Part shown: positions 1 to 9,724 of the stretch, piece after piece
Layout of the letters: each line of letters begins with the position of its first letter
How positions within the stretch are numbered: the stretch's first letter is position 1
Virus record (IMG/VR): IMGVR_UViG_3300031654_000269
Location: 2,446-66,445 of that record
Strand: one strand, 5' to 3'
Origin: a virus
DNA: 64,000 nt
The notes under the pieces: generated by a model
What the model was told of the DNA's origin: nothing
Databases searched by the model: none
Seen by the model: only the letters and a program-made list of their open reading frames with translations
Position numbers and translations under genes: made by a program

Positions 1-257
1 TCAAATAAATCAATTCCTAATCCCTCTAAGGTTTGTCTCAGAAGGCTGCCTGTTTTACCTTGCCATTGTTTACCTCGTTTATCCTCAACGGCTCCAGGTG
101 CTTCTCCCACACAGAGGATACCTTTTGAGAAACCTCCGAAAGGTTGCATCTTTGGAGTCAATACATCCTTATATAGTCCACAAGAGGCACAAGACAAGGT
201 CTTACCTTTTGATTGTGGTTGGTATCCTGTTTCTTTTTGTGTAAAGAATCCTTTCAT
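1..257 (-). CDS. Family-4 uracil-DNA glycosylase domain protein, truncated at window edge (likely N-terminus of an SPO1-type UDG/exonuclease-polymerase subunit)
   Basis: Manual translation from ATG at 257: MKGFFTQKETGYQPQSKGKTLSCASCGLYKDVLTPKMQPFGGFSKGILCVGEAPGAVEDKRGKQWQGKTG. CxxC plus GEAPG motif A of family-4 UDG; ATGA overlap with the clamp gene stop. Not in the ORF track. Confidence 0.85.
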   Translation of the reverse strand, partial: MKGFFTQKETGYQPQSKGKTLSCASCGLYKDVLTPKMQPFGGFSKGILCVGEAPGAVEDKRGKQWQGKTGSLLRQTLEGLGIDLF

Positions 258-1282
258 ATCATAAGTAAAGTAATATATATCCAATTGTCTGATTCAAACT
301 TCAATTTATTTTTACCAATTACTAATGAGTTTGTCCGTTCTAAAATATCTTTTAATAAATTAGGTATGATTGAGAACGAAATTAGCTTACCATTGTATTT
401 AACCCTTCCTCTACCCTCAAACCAACTTCCTAACGAAGATTTTCCTTTTACAATTATTACACCATTATCTATAATAATTTGAATTGCTTTATTGTTACTT
501 TCGATATCTGTATCAGTAAATATCATTGCCTTGTCTATAAGTTTATTTGTAATTTGTGGCATCTCTATTGATTCTCCTCGTACTTCAATTATTTTAGATA
601 TGTCAGGAAACGTAGCTTTAAATGTTCGGCATGAAATAATTGTATCTAATTTCGTTTTAAAATGAACCCACCCTTCCCCATAAGCAATTTTTGTTGGATT
701 TAATTTTATTACTTCTTTACAGTACTCACCTGGAATTAATACTGTTTGAAGACCTTTAGAAGACCTTAATTTGTATTGAATAGCTCTATGATTATCCGTA
801 CTTTCTATAAATCCATCTTCTCGTATATGAATGCATGTAATAATTGGTTTACTTTCATTATTACTACAAGCAATTAAAGAAAATGAAAGACCTTCAATAA
901 AGTCTTCTGGTAAATCTTTCCATTGACTAATTTTCCCAACCTCTTCTATAGGTAACTTTATTTCTGATTCAATAACAAGACCTACTTTATTTCTACCCGC
1001 TTTGATAATTATTTGATCTCTTTCCCATTCTAAGTCAACTTCTTCATTACTTATTTTTGAGATAAATTGATATAATTCAATTGCATTTATTGCCCCTTCA
1101 ATGTTTAAATTGATAGGGTGGCTTATACTTATTTTATTGTTATAAGTGACAATCTTATCATTCATAAAAGCAAATGAGGTAGTTTGTTCAACTGTCTCAT
1201 TACTACCTAAAGCAGGTTTTACGATTTCGAGAGCTATTCTAAGCTCTTCTTTATTTACTTTCATATTCAAATATTTTATCAA
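254..1282 (-). CDS. DNA polymerase sliding clamp (beta-clamp/DnaN-like)
   Basis: 342 aa with beta-clamp-like segments (ESTDNHR, TFPDISKII); a clamp loader is encoded at 61229-62158. Confidence 0.75.
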   Translation of the reverse strand: MIKYLNMKVNKEELRIALEIVKPALGSNETVEQTTSFAFMNDKIVTYNNKISISHPINLNIEGAINAIELYQFISKISNEEVDLEWERDQIIIKAGRNKVGLVIESEIKLPIEEVGKISQWKDLPEDFIEGLSFSLIACSNNESKPIITCIHIREDGFIESTDNHRAIQYKLRSSKGLQTVLIPGEYCKEVIKLNPTKIAYGEGWVHFKTKLDTIISCRTFKATFPDISKIIEVRGESIEMPQITNKLIDKAMIFTDTDIESNNKAIQIIIDNGVIIVKGKSSLGSWFEGRGRVKYNGKLISFSIIPNLLKDILERTNSLVIGKNKLKFESDNWIYITLLMI

Positions 1283-1898
1283 AAATTTCCTTTATAGTTT
1301 CAGTATTAAGTTTAATCATTGGTGCATTTACTTTAAATATCATACGATCAAGCACTTTTGATTTTGATCTATATGATAATCTCCACTTTTTTATAGGGAT
1401 ATCACTGTACTTTCCTACAAGGAACCTAGGAACTAACCAAGGTTTATATTTATCAATGTAGACTAATATATAATAGATATTGTTATCCGTTAGTGTTTGT
1501 ATTTCTTTTTTAACCTTTCTTTCATTTGAAAGATGCTTGTTTTCAAAACTTATATGCCATCTTATATCAAGATTTTTAGAGTCTTCTCGTACCCAAGGTT
1601 GGAAGAGTAGTTTTTTGTATGGGTTTTCTGTTTTGGTAATTTCAAGTAATAATCCTGTTCCAAGACGTTCAACATTGTCAGACAATCGATTTCTTATTTT
1701 TGTCCAATCTTTATAATTACGAATATCCTTCAAATCAAATATAGTATTTCCTATTCTAAATTTTACAGTATACCCTGCTTTATTTAAGATAGGGAACAGT
1801 TTATTTATAATTCGTTTGGCTGCAAATAAAACCCCTTGTCCAAACCCTCCTCCTTTGAAGGAGTCAACTTCAGGGATATCAAATAATGTATCATTCAT
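1251..1898 (-). CDS. Hypothetical basic protein immediately downstream of the dpdA-like gene
   Basis: 215 aa ORF overlapping both neighbours; no recognisable family. Confidence 0.65.
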   Translation of the reverse strand: MNDTLFDIPEVDSFKGGGFGQGVLFAAKRIINKLFPILNKAGYTVKFRIGNTIFDLKDIRNYKDWTKIRNRLSDNVERLGTGLLLEITKTENPYKKLLFQPWVREDSKNLDIRWHISFENKHLSNERKVKKEIQTLTDNNIYYILVYIDKYKPWLVPRFLVGKYSDIPIKKWRLSYRSKSKVLDRMIFKVNAPMIKLNTETIKEIFDKIFEYESK

Positions 1899-2895
1899 AT
1901 CTATGTTTTATTTTAATTAGTGTATCAAGTAGTGTTGAAGTATTTCCTTTGTTAGATGAAAGTGCGTATGAAATTAAGATATTAAAGTTATCTGTTTTAA
2001 GTCCTAGTTCACGAAGTTTTCTTCCTAATAATCTTACTGACTTTAAGTCACTAGTTGCTAAATATAATTTAGTGGAAGTAAATTTTTTAATGCTTGTCAT
2101 TAAATAAAGAGCATTCCAAATAGATCTTTTCATATGATCTGTTTCCAACTCATTTAAAGTAAATCCATACTCCTTTATAAGTTCTTTTACTTTCTCTTTG
2201 TAGGTTAAGGGCATTTTATTAAATGATAACTCACTTTGAGAGATTTGAGGGATATCAAAGAACCCTTCTAATTCCTCACTTTGTTTATATTTCTTAACTC
2301 CTTTTGATATAGGTAAACTCCGTATATAATAATCTTTTTGTTCTTTCAAATATGGATTTGTAGGTATGTCAATCAATCCAAACCCTCCTCCTCTTAATCT
2401 CCATGATGAACTATCTACAGAATACCATGGGTATGCAAAAACTAACTTTAAAGATGTGACAGCAAATCCATGAAATTTAACTTTAGGTTTTCCATCCTCT
2501 CCTATAATTATTGGCATACAATCATCATGTAACCATTCTTTTCTTTGTATTGTAGTTCTATCATTCGCAGGACTTACTCCTATATATGCTTCTTCAATAT
2601 TTACTAATCTTTCTAAATATTCTTTTGGATCCCCTTGGTGGAATGTATGTAAAAGTTTTTCATGAGGGATCTTTGCTTTTAACATTTTGGTATAATTTTC
2701 AAACCCTTTTTTTGCTGCTTTTTCAACCATATCAGGAGTAAGTCTTTTGTTAGGTTGTCCTGGAATAACATCTAAAGATGCTATAACTTCGAGATCTTTT
2801 TCATATCTCTTACAAAAAGATATGTAGTTATCAAGATCAATTTCTTTTTTGGCATTCCATACTGAGAATGCTCCAGAGTCAAGAAAAATTTTCAT
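1891..2895 (-). CDS. dpdA: DpdA-like DNA 7-deazaguanine transglycosylase (TGT fold)
   Basis: FLDSGAFS, LDVIPG, FHQG, FHGFA, PWYSVDSSSW motifs; adjacent to queF/folE/queC/queE/queD. Confidence 0.8.
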   Translation of the reverse strand: MKIFLDSGAFSVWNAKKEIDLDNYISFCKRYEKDLEVIASLDVIPGQPNKRLTPDMVEKAAKKGFENYTKMLKAKIPHEKLLHTFHQGDPKEYLERLVNIEEAYIGVSPANDRTTIQRKEWLHDDCMPIIIGEDGKPKVKFHGFAVTSLKLVFAYPWYSVDSSSWRLRGGGFGLIDIPTNPYLKEQKDYYIRSLPISKGVKKYKQSEELEGFFDIPQISQSELSFNKMPLTYKEKVKELIKEYGFTLNELETDHMKRSIWNALYLMTSIKKFTSTKLYLATSDLKSVRLLGRKLRELGLKTDNFNILISYALSSNKGNTSTLLDTLIKIKHRYE

Positions 2896-2905
2896 TTTAA
2901 TAATA

Positions 2906-3322
2906 TTATCCTAAGAGTTCGATTGTAATATTGATCAACGTTCCTCCGCGAGGATTGAAGTTACTTGTAACTTTCATCCAGTGAGGTTGACATACATGAA
3001 AACAATCTTCAAGTATCTTATTGGTAATTGTCTCCATAAACATACCTTCCTGTCTGTACGATAGAAAGTATAGTTTAAGACTTTTAGTTTCAATACATAG
3101 TTTAGAAGGGATATATTCAACTTTGATTGTAGCAAAATCAGGTTGTCCTGTTTTAGGACATAATGAAGTAAATTCATTAAATACAAATTCCGTCCTATAA
3201 TTATTTTCAGGATACTGATTAGGAAAAGTCTCTAAAAGTGAAGGATTACATCCTGTATACTTGTATTGAGTTACCTTTGATCCTAGTTTGGTTAGTCCAC
3301 CTATGATGTCTTTTTTACTCAT
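2906..3322 (-). CDS. queF: NADPH-dependent preQ0 reductase QueF (unimodular)
   Basis: EFTSLCPKTGQPDFA catalytic Cys/Asp, QueF motif ETKSLKLY, PRGG. Confidence 0.93.
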   Translation of the reverse strand: MSKKDIIGGLTKLGSKVTQYKYTGCNPSLLETFPNQYPENNYRTEFVFNEFTSLCPKTGQPDFATIKVEYIPSKLCIETKSLKLYFLSYRQEGMFMETITNKILEDCFHVCQPHWMKVTSNFNPRGGTLINITIELLG

Positions 3323-3324
3323 TT

Positions 3325-4209
3325 TTATTTTATTAGTTGCATTAATTCTTCTTTAGCGGTTGGATCAGTCATAAAAGCTCCTTTGATACTTGATGTAACC
3401 ATAATGGAATGTTGTTTATTGACTCCTCTCATTCGCATACAAAGATGAGAAGCTTCAATTATACAAGCTGCTCCCAGTGGTTGGAGTTCTTTCATCAGGG
3501 TTGTAGTGACCTGTTCCCCTATACGTTCTTGTATCTGCAAACGCCTGGCAAATATATCAACCAACCGTGCTAGCTTGGAAATTCCAATTACTTTTTTATC
3601 CGGAATATAAGCGACATGGGCTTTACCGAAGAATGGGAGCATATGGTGTTCACACATTGAAAAGAATTCAAAGTTCTTTAGTAAAACAATTTGATCATAC
3701 CCATTGTAATCTGTAAAGGTGGTTAGAATATCTTTTGGATTTTTATTGTATCCAGAGTAAATCTCATCCCATGATCGTACTATTCGAGCAGGAGTTTCTT
3801 TTAATCCTTCCCGGTTCGGGTCTTCACCAATATATTGAAGTTGTCGGATAATATTTTCCTCAATAGTCTCCTCTTGTTCTCCCGGATGATCTACTTCCCA
3901 AGGAAATACTACCCAGTAATTACTGTATTTGAGGTAGTCTTCTTTACTTCCAACTTTGTTGATTAGAGCATGAAATGGTGTACCTGGGTACTTTTCCACA
4001 TAAAGTTTCATAGTCTTTCCGGAATCAATTATATCATCTAAAAAGATAGTAGCTTCGGATGGAATATGAGTAACTACTGCGTGATCTAAGAAAGCAGTAA
4101 GAATCATCCCACCTTTTGGGATACCATAAACGGTATTTTCCGGCGTGTCAATATTATCAAGCATACGGAATACCTCTTCCCAAGTGATGTATATTTTATT
4201 ATCTTTCAT
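3325..4209 (-). CDS. folE: Fusion of a purine phosphoribosyltransferase-like domain and GTP cyclohydrolase I
   Basis: N-terminal [18 protein letters not shown] (PRPP-binding loop), WVVFPWE; C-terminal [35 protein letters not shown]. Start reassigned to ATG 4209 (MKDNKIY). Confidence 0.92.
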   Translation of the reverse strand: MKDNKIYITWEEVFRMLDNIDTPENTVYGIPKGGMILTAFLDHAVVTHIPSEATIFLDDIIDSGKTMKLYVEKYPGTPFHALINKVGSKEDYLKYSNYWVVFPWEVDHPGEQEETIEENIIRQLQYIGEDPNREGLKETPARIVRSWDEIYSGYNKNPKDILTTFTDYNGYDQIVLLKNFEFFSMCEHHMLPFFGKAHVAYIPDKKVIGISKLARLVDIFARRLQIQERIGEQVTTTLMKELQPLGAACIIEASHLCMRMRGVNKQHSIMVTSSIKGAFMTDPTAKEELMQLIK

Positions 4210-4885
4210 ATTCAATTGGATCCTCCTTTCCGAGTAATTTGAATGCTTCAAGACGTTCTTGACAGGCTCCACATTTGCCACAAGATATAGATTGATTCTT
4301 ATAGCACGTACGAGTATATTGATAAGGTACTTGTGGAGTAAGATTATAGCCGATTTTAAGAATATCCGCTTTATTCATATCAAGAAATGGAGCATATACA
4401 GAAACCTTTTCTTCTGTGGCAAAATTAATTGTTATATTCAACGAATGGATAAAATCTTTTCGACAATCCGGATAGATATGATGATCACCAGCATGAACTC
4501 CTAAAGCAATTGTATCGGCTCCTATTGATTGAGCAAGACCCGTCATTATGGATGCAAATATTAAATTACGACCTGGTACAACTGTTTGTTTCATTGATTC
4601 AGCTTCGTAGTGACCTTCAGGAATTGCTCCTCCTGATTGTAAAAGGTCTGAATCAAAAGATTTGAAAGTATTAACCAGGTTAAAGATATGTGCATCTATT
4701 TTATCCCTGAATCCATTTATCAGATAGAAATGAAATACATGAGAGAAAGTATGGAATTCATAAGCATTATGCTTAGAACCATATTGGAAGTTACAACAAT
4801 GAACTTCGACTCCCTTACTGAGCAGAAAGCCCAGTAAGGTTGCCGAATCCATTCCACCGGATAGAGCAAGAACTACTTTCTTCAT
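4199..4885 (-). CDS. queC: 7-cyano-7-deazaguanine synthase
   Basis: SGGMDS PP-loop, [16 protein letters not shown]...[10 protein letters not shown]. Confidence 0.96.
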   Translation of the reverse strand: MKKVVLALSGGMDSATLLGFLLSKGVEVHCCNFQYGSKHNAYEFHTFSHVFHFYLINGFRDKIDAHIFNLVNTFKSFDSDLLQSGGAIPEGHYEAESMKQTVVPGRNLIFASIMTGLAQSIGADTIALGVHAGDHHIYPDCRKDFIHSLNITINFATEEKVSVYAPFLDMNKADILKIGYNLTPQVPYQYTRTCYKNQSISCGKCGACQERLEAFKLLGKEDPIEYER

Positions 4886-4893
4886 TTAAGTCC

Positions 4894-5784
4894 TTATTTT
4901 CTTCCTTTTTTAAAAGTCATAACTCCTTCAGCATCCTGAACAACCAGGTGAGGGAATTTATTATACTTTGGGTTCTTAGCATCGCTAAGTAAAGTAGCAA
5001 TTCCGGATTTCCCATCAGGTTCTTTTTTCAGGGCTTTTTCAATGAGCTCACTTTTGGTATATTTACCTGATTCGATTAATGGAGTCAAAAATTCAATGCG
5101 GTCTGCTGTGAGTGAACCTCTTTTTTTACTCGAAGTTTTCTTCTCGGATGATCTTCTCTTCGGTTTTTCTTCCTCTTCAGGTTCTTCATCCTTCACTTTG
5201 GCTTTACTTTTCTTCGGAGCAGGTTCATCTTCTTCTTCAAGTAAATCAAGCATGTCAGCCCGCAGGTCTTTCACACCATTCAAACCTTTGTAATCATCCA
5301 GGTCAGGAAGGAGTGATTTGAATTCCTTGTTATCCTCAGCGATGTCCTTCAGCTGATCCAGCTTTTTAGCTGCTTTGATTTGATCAACTAAATCATCATC
5401 CTCAACAACTTCTTCTGGTTCTTCTTCCTCAGGTTCCGGTTCAGGTTTCCTTTTGCTACGAGCAGGTCGTTCTTCAGATTTTTTAGCTGGTGGTTCATCT
5501 TCACCAACGGTGATGTCAAGAACATCCTTCAGTACTTTTACAGCCTTTTTTGAAAATAAATCTGGCTCATCTTCTGCCAGTTCTTCAATAACACCACGGG
5601 CTTTGTCTGTGATATTTTTATCATCATCTTCTTCAAGACTTAAACATTCACAGGCTTCAATAATCTTTTCTTTGATCTCTTCACCATCGGCTTTAAGATC
5701 GATTGCTTGAGGATCATCACTCCCATCTTCAAACAGGAGGTCATTCAAATCCTTTGCACATTTTACTAATTCTGAATTTTTCAT
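4894..5784 (-). CDS. Highly acidic, largely low-complexity protein with a basic C-terminal domain
   Basis: 296 aa with E/D tracts alternating with K/R patches. Confidence 0.75.
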   Translation of the reverse strand: MKNSELVKCAKDLNDLLFEDGSDDPQAIDLKADGEEIKEKIIEACECLSLEEDDDKNITDKARGVIEELAEDEPDLFSKKAVKVLKDVLDITVGEDEPPAKKSEERPARSKRKPEPEPEEEEPEEVVEDDDLVDQIKAAKKLDQLKDIAEDNKEFKSLLPDLDDYKGLNGVKDLRADMLDLLEEEDEPAPKKSKAKVKDEEPEEEEKPKRRSSEKKTSSKKRGSLTADRIEFLTPLIESGKYTKSELIEKALKKEPDGKSGIATLLSDAKNPKYNKFPHLVVQDAEGVMTFKKGRK

Positions 5785-5836
5785 GATTAGAAATTTAATT
5801 GTTAAAAATAAAAGTTAGTTATGTTTATTCAAATTA

Positions 5837-6598
5837 TTATACTCCCACTGCATTATCCCAAAGGATAATATGTTCGCGGGAGCAATATCGTACATTTTCT
5901 CGTATAGCTATTTCTACTACTTCTGTTTGGTTTATCATTAATTCCTTCCGGGTAGCTCCTTGTGGCATCAGGATAACTTGCTCCCGTTTGATAAGACCTT
6001 CATCCAAGTAATCACTTTTAATTTCTGACCAATCCTTATCATTTGTAATGACAAATTTAAACCAGGAATCTTCTAAGTCAGATAGAAATTTAAGTACTTC
6101 AGGTCGATATCTTTTACTCCAAGGATTTCCAGAATTACAGAGTTTAGGAGAATTATTCCAAGTACCTACAAAATCAATTAATCCTCGGTGTGGTTTTATT
6201 GTACATTCGTTTTCAATCTCTACGAATGGAAGGAGGTTGTATTTTACAGTGAATGCTACAAGGAAATTTAATAAAGCTTCTTGTTGTTTCAATGGACTTC
6301 CACCTGTAATAACCAGATGATGTCCTTTTCGTAGCTTTTCAATTATACCAAACTTTTCCATCAATCCAAATATCTCCTCGAATGAATATGGATTCCCACG
6401 ATTCCAATGGGTGTCACAATACGAACAATTAAGTGTACAACCTTGGAGTCTTAAAAAGGTAGCAGGACAGCCAGTATGAATTCCTTCACCTTGAATAGTA
6501 TCAGTAAAGAGTTCTGATATATTTAGGTATTTTTCTTTTGGAATCTCCTTTCTTGGAAAAATTGCTGGGGGTAAGGGGATTATTTGTTTACTCTTCAT
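5837..6598 (-). CDS. queE: 7-carboxy-7-deazaguanine synthase (radical SAM)
   Basis: TIQGEG, FLRLQGCTLNCSYCDT, ITGGSP, SPKL. Confidence 0.95.
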   Translation of the reverse strand: MKSKQIIPLPPAIFPRKEIPKEKYLNISELFTDTIQGEGIHTGCPATFLRLQGCTLNCSYCDTHWNRGNPYSFEEIFGLMEKFGIIEKLRKGHHLVITGGSPLKQQEALLNFLVAFTVKYNLLPFVEIENECTIKPHRGLIDFVGTWNNSPKLCNSGNPWSKRYRPEVLKFLSDLEDSWFKFVITNDKDWSEIKSDYLDEGLIKREQVILMPQGATRKELMINQTEVVEIAIRENVRYCSREHIILWDNAVGV

Positions 6599-6950
6599 AC
6601 CGTGCGGATGTTTTAGCGGTTTCTTTTACGGTCACGGCTGACAGTTGAGGGTATATCTTTTCAAATACCCTGTAGATATATCCAGCAATATGCTCAGCTG
6701 TTGGATTTAATCTATCAAATGGATAATTGTCATTCAAACACTTATGATCAAACATCTCATCAATGAAATCCTTCACCCGTTTCAAATCATTATAATCTAC
6801 AACAAATCCCTTTATATCCAATTCCTTAGATTTGAGTTCAATGATTACCGTATAGGTATGCCCATGTAGTTGTGAGCATTTATGTCCAGGTGGTAATCCA
6901 AGCAGTTTATGAGCTGCATCAAAAGTAAATTCTTTAGTGATTGTGTACAT
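6588..6950 (-). CDS. queD: 6-carboxytetrahydropterin synthase
   Basis: FDAAH, CSQLHGHTY, FDH, NPTAE, VKET. Confidence 0.96.
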   Translation of the reverse strand: MYTITKEFTFDAAHKLLGLPPGHKCSQLHGHTYTVIIELKSKELDIKGFVVDYNDLKRVKDFIDEMFDHKCLNDNYPFDRLNPTAEHIAGYIYRVFEKIYPQLSAVTVKETAKTSARYEE

Positions 6951-6982
6951 CGATTTTGAAGTTAAGTTAATATTAGAGTCAA

Positions 6983-7012
6983 TAAAATTAAATAAAAAAT
7001 TTTAAAAACCAG
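6983..7012 (-). promoter_or_regulatory. Putative promoter upstream of the que cluster
   Basis: Minus strand CTGG...TAATTTTA with Bacteroidota -33/-7 spacing; same motif recurs at 10717, 14473 and 62167. Confidence 0.55.
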
Positions 7013-7042
7013 TATTTTTTAAACGTTATTTTATCAATTATT

Positions 7043-8587
7043 TTAAAAATAGCTTCCTAAAAATGGTCGTCCTCTATGCAAATTTTGTAATACTGTCACC
7101 TCATCTGTTATTTCAAACTCATCCTCACGCAAGGCTAATTTGTTTATAATCATCAATCCCAGTTTCTTCTCCCGTCCCTGAGGGTCTTGATTTAATCCGT
7201 ACATAGCCGTCACATGTCCATATTTACGCTTATCCTCTGAAAAGTTAGAAAGTGACAGACGTTTCTTGTCATAACTCTTTGCGTCGGATTGGGTTCCTGA
7301 AATAAATAATGCATTCCGCTTTTGACTAATCCCTCGACACCCTTTCCAAATATAATCAACTTGATGTCGAAATTCTGCACGAGGTCCATCATACACTAAT
7401 AAATCCATATAATCTAATGCAATTACATCTGCATACCATCCTTCTTTTTCCCATTGATCTAGTTTAGAATTCATAATCCCTAATGTCAAAGACCCATTCG
7501 GATATGTTTCAAGTCTGAAATTACGATTATGCTTAATAAAAAATTTATCATATGCTTTCAATACTTCATTAACATCAACAGGATCATTCCCTACATCAAT
7601 CTCTTTCATCCAGACAGCACCCCATTTATTTTCCCAGTACTTCGGACAATTCCAACAAGGTTTGTAGTCTGGATAATCTTTCAGGGCTTCTCGGATATGA
7701 TCAATGGTTACTTCATCTCGTATGAATTCTTCTGACTTATCATCAAACACACCAAAGTCACATTCTCTCACTCGTGAGTTACAAGTATCCAGTTGATTCA
7801 TAATACAATCTCGTACTGGCTGAAGCATCTTTCCACAATGCTCCGGCTTGTTAGATTTGCCTGTAAGATTAATTCCAATTCTTCGGAGCTGTTCGTAATC
7901 AGTCATGTCCCCAGCCTGAAAGAAAGCTACTTTCAAACCCTGTTTAACAGCTCGTAAAGCCATTTCAATCAATCGGTAACTCTTTCCACGCTTCTCACTA
8001 GCCATCAGTACGACAAAAGCTCTACGAATTAATTCATTGTTCCAGAACTTTCCTAATTGTCGTGGATAGTAAATTAATGATTCTCGTGATTCGGTAAAAG
8101 CCTTTTTAACATGCTGTAATGAGGATTTATGATTGAGATCAAGAGTAGTTCCAGAAATAGTTTTTAATGGTTTGAAATCACTAGCTAACTGCTCTGCTTC
8201 ATGTACTTTACCATCGTCCAATAAAGCATCAATCTTTTTATTATGCTGAGTGAGATGTTGTTGACCGAGGAATAATTTTGTTTGCTTTAGTAAGTACCGT
8301 ACATTGAGATCATTGTTTTGTATATACTCCTCATTCAGGTCTGGTAGTATATCCTCTTCAATTTCATTAGCAATCTCCTCTGATAATCCTGCGTTGAGTT
8401 TTTCGTAATAGATATCCTGAATGTGCTGTTTTGGTGCTTCATTAAACTCATCAAAATAATCCAGACACCATCCAGCCAACCGCCGGGCCATTTCAGATTC
8501 CAAGTATTGGACATTAAAAATTTCCCGGACTTGTTGCAGGAATTCCGTGGAGACTATGAGACCGATTACAATTTGTCGTTCAATCAT
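7043..8587 (-). CDS. DnaB-like replicative helicase with a Cys-rich insertion
   Basis: Variant Walker A ASEKRGKS, Walker B ALDYMDL, GTQS motif. Confidence 0.8.
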   Translation of the reverse strand: MIERQIVIGLIVSTEFLQQVREIFNVQYLESEMARRLAGWCLDYFDEFNEAPKQHIQDIYYEKLNAGLSEEIANEIEEDILPDLNEEYIQNNDLNVRYLLKQTKLFLGQQHLTQHNKKIDALLDDGKVHEAEQLASDFKPLKTISGTTLDLNHKSSLQHVKKAFTESRESLIYYPRQLGKFWNNELIRRAFVVLMASEKRGKSYRLIEMALRAVKQGLKVAFFQAGDMTDYEQLRRIGINLTGKSNKPEHCGKMLQPVRDCIMNQLDTCNSRVRECDFGVFDDKSEEFIRDEVTIDHIREALKDYPDYKPCWNCPKYWENKWGAVWMKEIDVGNDPVDVNEVLKAYDKFFIKHNRNFRLETYPNGSLTLGIMNSKLDQWEKEGWYADVIALDYMDLLVYDGPRAEFRHQVDYIWKGCRGISQKRNALFISGTQSDAKSYDKKRLSLSNFSEDKRKYGHVTAMYGLNQDPQGREKKLGLMIINKLALREDEFEITDEVTVLQNLHRGRPFLGSYF

Positions 8588-8819
8588 CTTTTAAAAATAA
8601 ATCTTCACTATACAATAAACTCTTTCTTTCAGTTATCTGTCCAGAGATATAGGCTAATTTAGCAGCCGTTTTTCTGTCCACAAATCTACCAGTGTTAGTT
8701 AAAAAACCTTGTTCTCCTCCTTTCAATGATCCAAACTTAGCCTTGCTAATTATCTTACTATGGTTTTCCCCGATGTAGATTTTATTGTTTTTTCTGATTG
8801 CTGCTTTTTGTATTAACAT
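8580..8819 (-). CDS. Small hypothetical phage protein
   Basis: 79 aa, QGFLTNTGRFVDRKTA; overlaps both neighbours. Confidence 0.7.
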   Translation of the reverse strand: MLIQKAAIRKNNKIYIGENHSKIISKAKFGSLKGGEQGFLTNTGRFVDRKTAAKLAYISGQITERKSLLYSEDLFLKDD

Positions 8820-9384
8820 TTTTTGTTTCCCAATTAGTTTTCTTTATGATTTTACAACTCCTCTCAATACGAGAGGTAATACGATCATCACCAATTATCT
8901 TAGCAGCCTCATTCAACGATAGGTTTGAGGTGAATACTGTTATATGATTATTCTCATATCGAAAGTTCACAATTTCATACATGAGTTGTAATACCCAATC
9001 TGTTGGTTTTGTAGTACCAAAGAAATCATCCAATACTAAAAATTCAATCACTTTGTGATACTCCAACGATTGGTAATATCCATCAGCACGCCCAATATCA
9101 AAACAGGATTTTAGGTGAGTAATAAATTCAGAGAAGGAAATAAACTTTGATGCTGGAGTATCTTCGCGTAGATAACAATCAAGTTCATACTTCAAAAGTC
9201 TCAAAGCAGCCAGGATCGTTTTACCATATCCTACATTACCGTAGATGTAGGTGCTTTCAATAGTAGGTTCTTGATCCTTAAAATCTTTACAGATGCTTAA
9301 CAGATCGTCTCGTATTCGAGGGGTAAATTTTGTTTCAATTAGTTTAGGGAGAATTTTTTCTTCCCAGCGTTTTTTAGTTCTCAT
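8782..9384 (-). CDS. DnaC/IstB-like ATPase (helicase loader)
   Basis: YGNVGYGKT, LVLDDF, RYEN..TVFTSN, DRITSRI. Confidence 0.88.
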   Translation of the reverse strand: MRTKKRWEEKILPKLIETKFTPRIRDDLLSICKDFKDQEPTIESTYIYGNVGYGKTILAALRLLKYELDCYLREDTPASKFISFSEFITHLKSCFDIGRADGYYQSLEYHKVIEFLVLDDFFGTTKPTDWVLQLMYEIVNFRYENNHITVFTSNLSLNEAAKIIGDDRITSRIERSCKIIKKTNWETKNVNTKSSNQKKQ

Positions 9385-9722
9385 TTTCCTTGGATTTGTC
9401 TAATTAAACTTTTCGGAATAATCTGTTCTCTTTTTGCTTTGACACTCGTTATTATTTTTTCTGATTGATTCCTCTCCATTACAATACCACCTAAAGGGAA
9501 TTTGGGTTGATGATCATCCGTAATTTGTGAAAGAATTATATGTTTTTCAACCTCTAATGAATGAACCCAACAAGCATAAGCTACTACACGAAAAGCTCGT
9601 TTTAGATTTATAGCTTGATATTTACTTACCCCTTTCTTTGCAATAACTAGAGCTTTTTTTACATATAAAAATTGCTCTTCTGTTATTTTTTTTAGTTGAT
9701 TTATTTTTTCTTCTTTAGTCAT
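9381..9722 (-). CDS. Hypothetical protein
   Basis: 113 aa ORF in the replication operon. Confidence 0.65.
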   Translation of the reverse strand: MTKEEKINQLKKITEEQFLYVKKALVIAKKGVSKYQAINLKRAFRVVAYACWVHSLEVEKHIILSQITDDHQPKFPLGGIVMERNQSEKIITSVKAKREQIIPKSLIRQIQGK

Positions 9723-9724
9723 TT

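Noticed and set aside
2906-6950. tRNA queuosine biosynthesis as an auxiliary metabolic function
   Set aside because: No queA or queG/queH, and the linked transglycosylase looks DpdA-like, so DNA modification is more likely.
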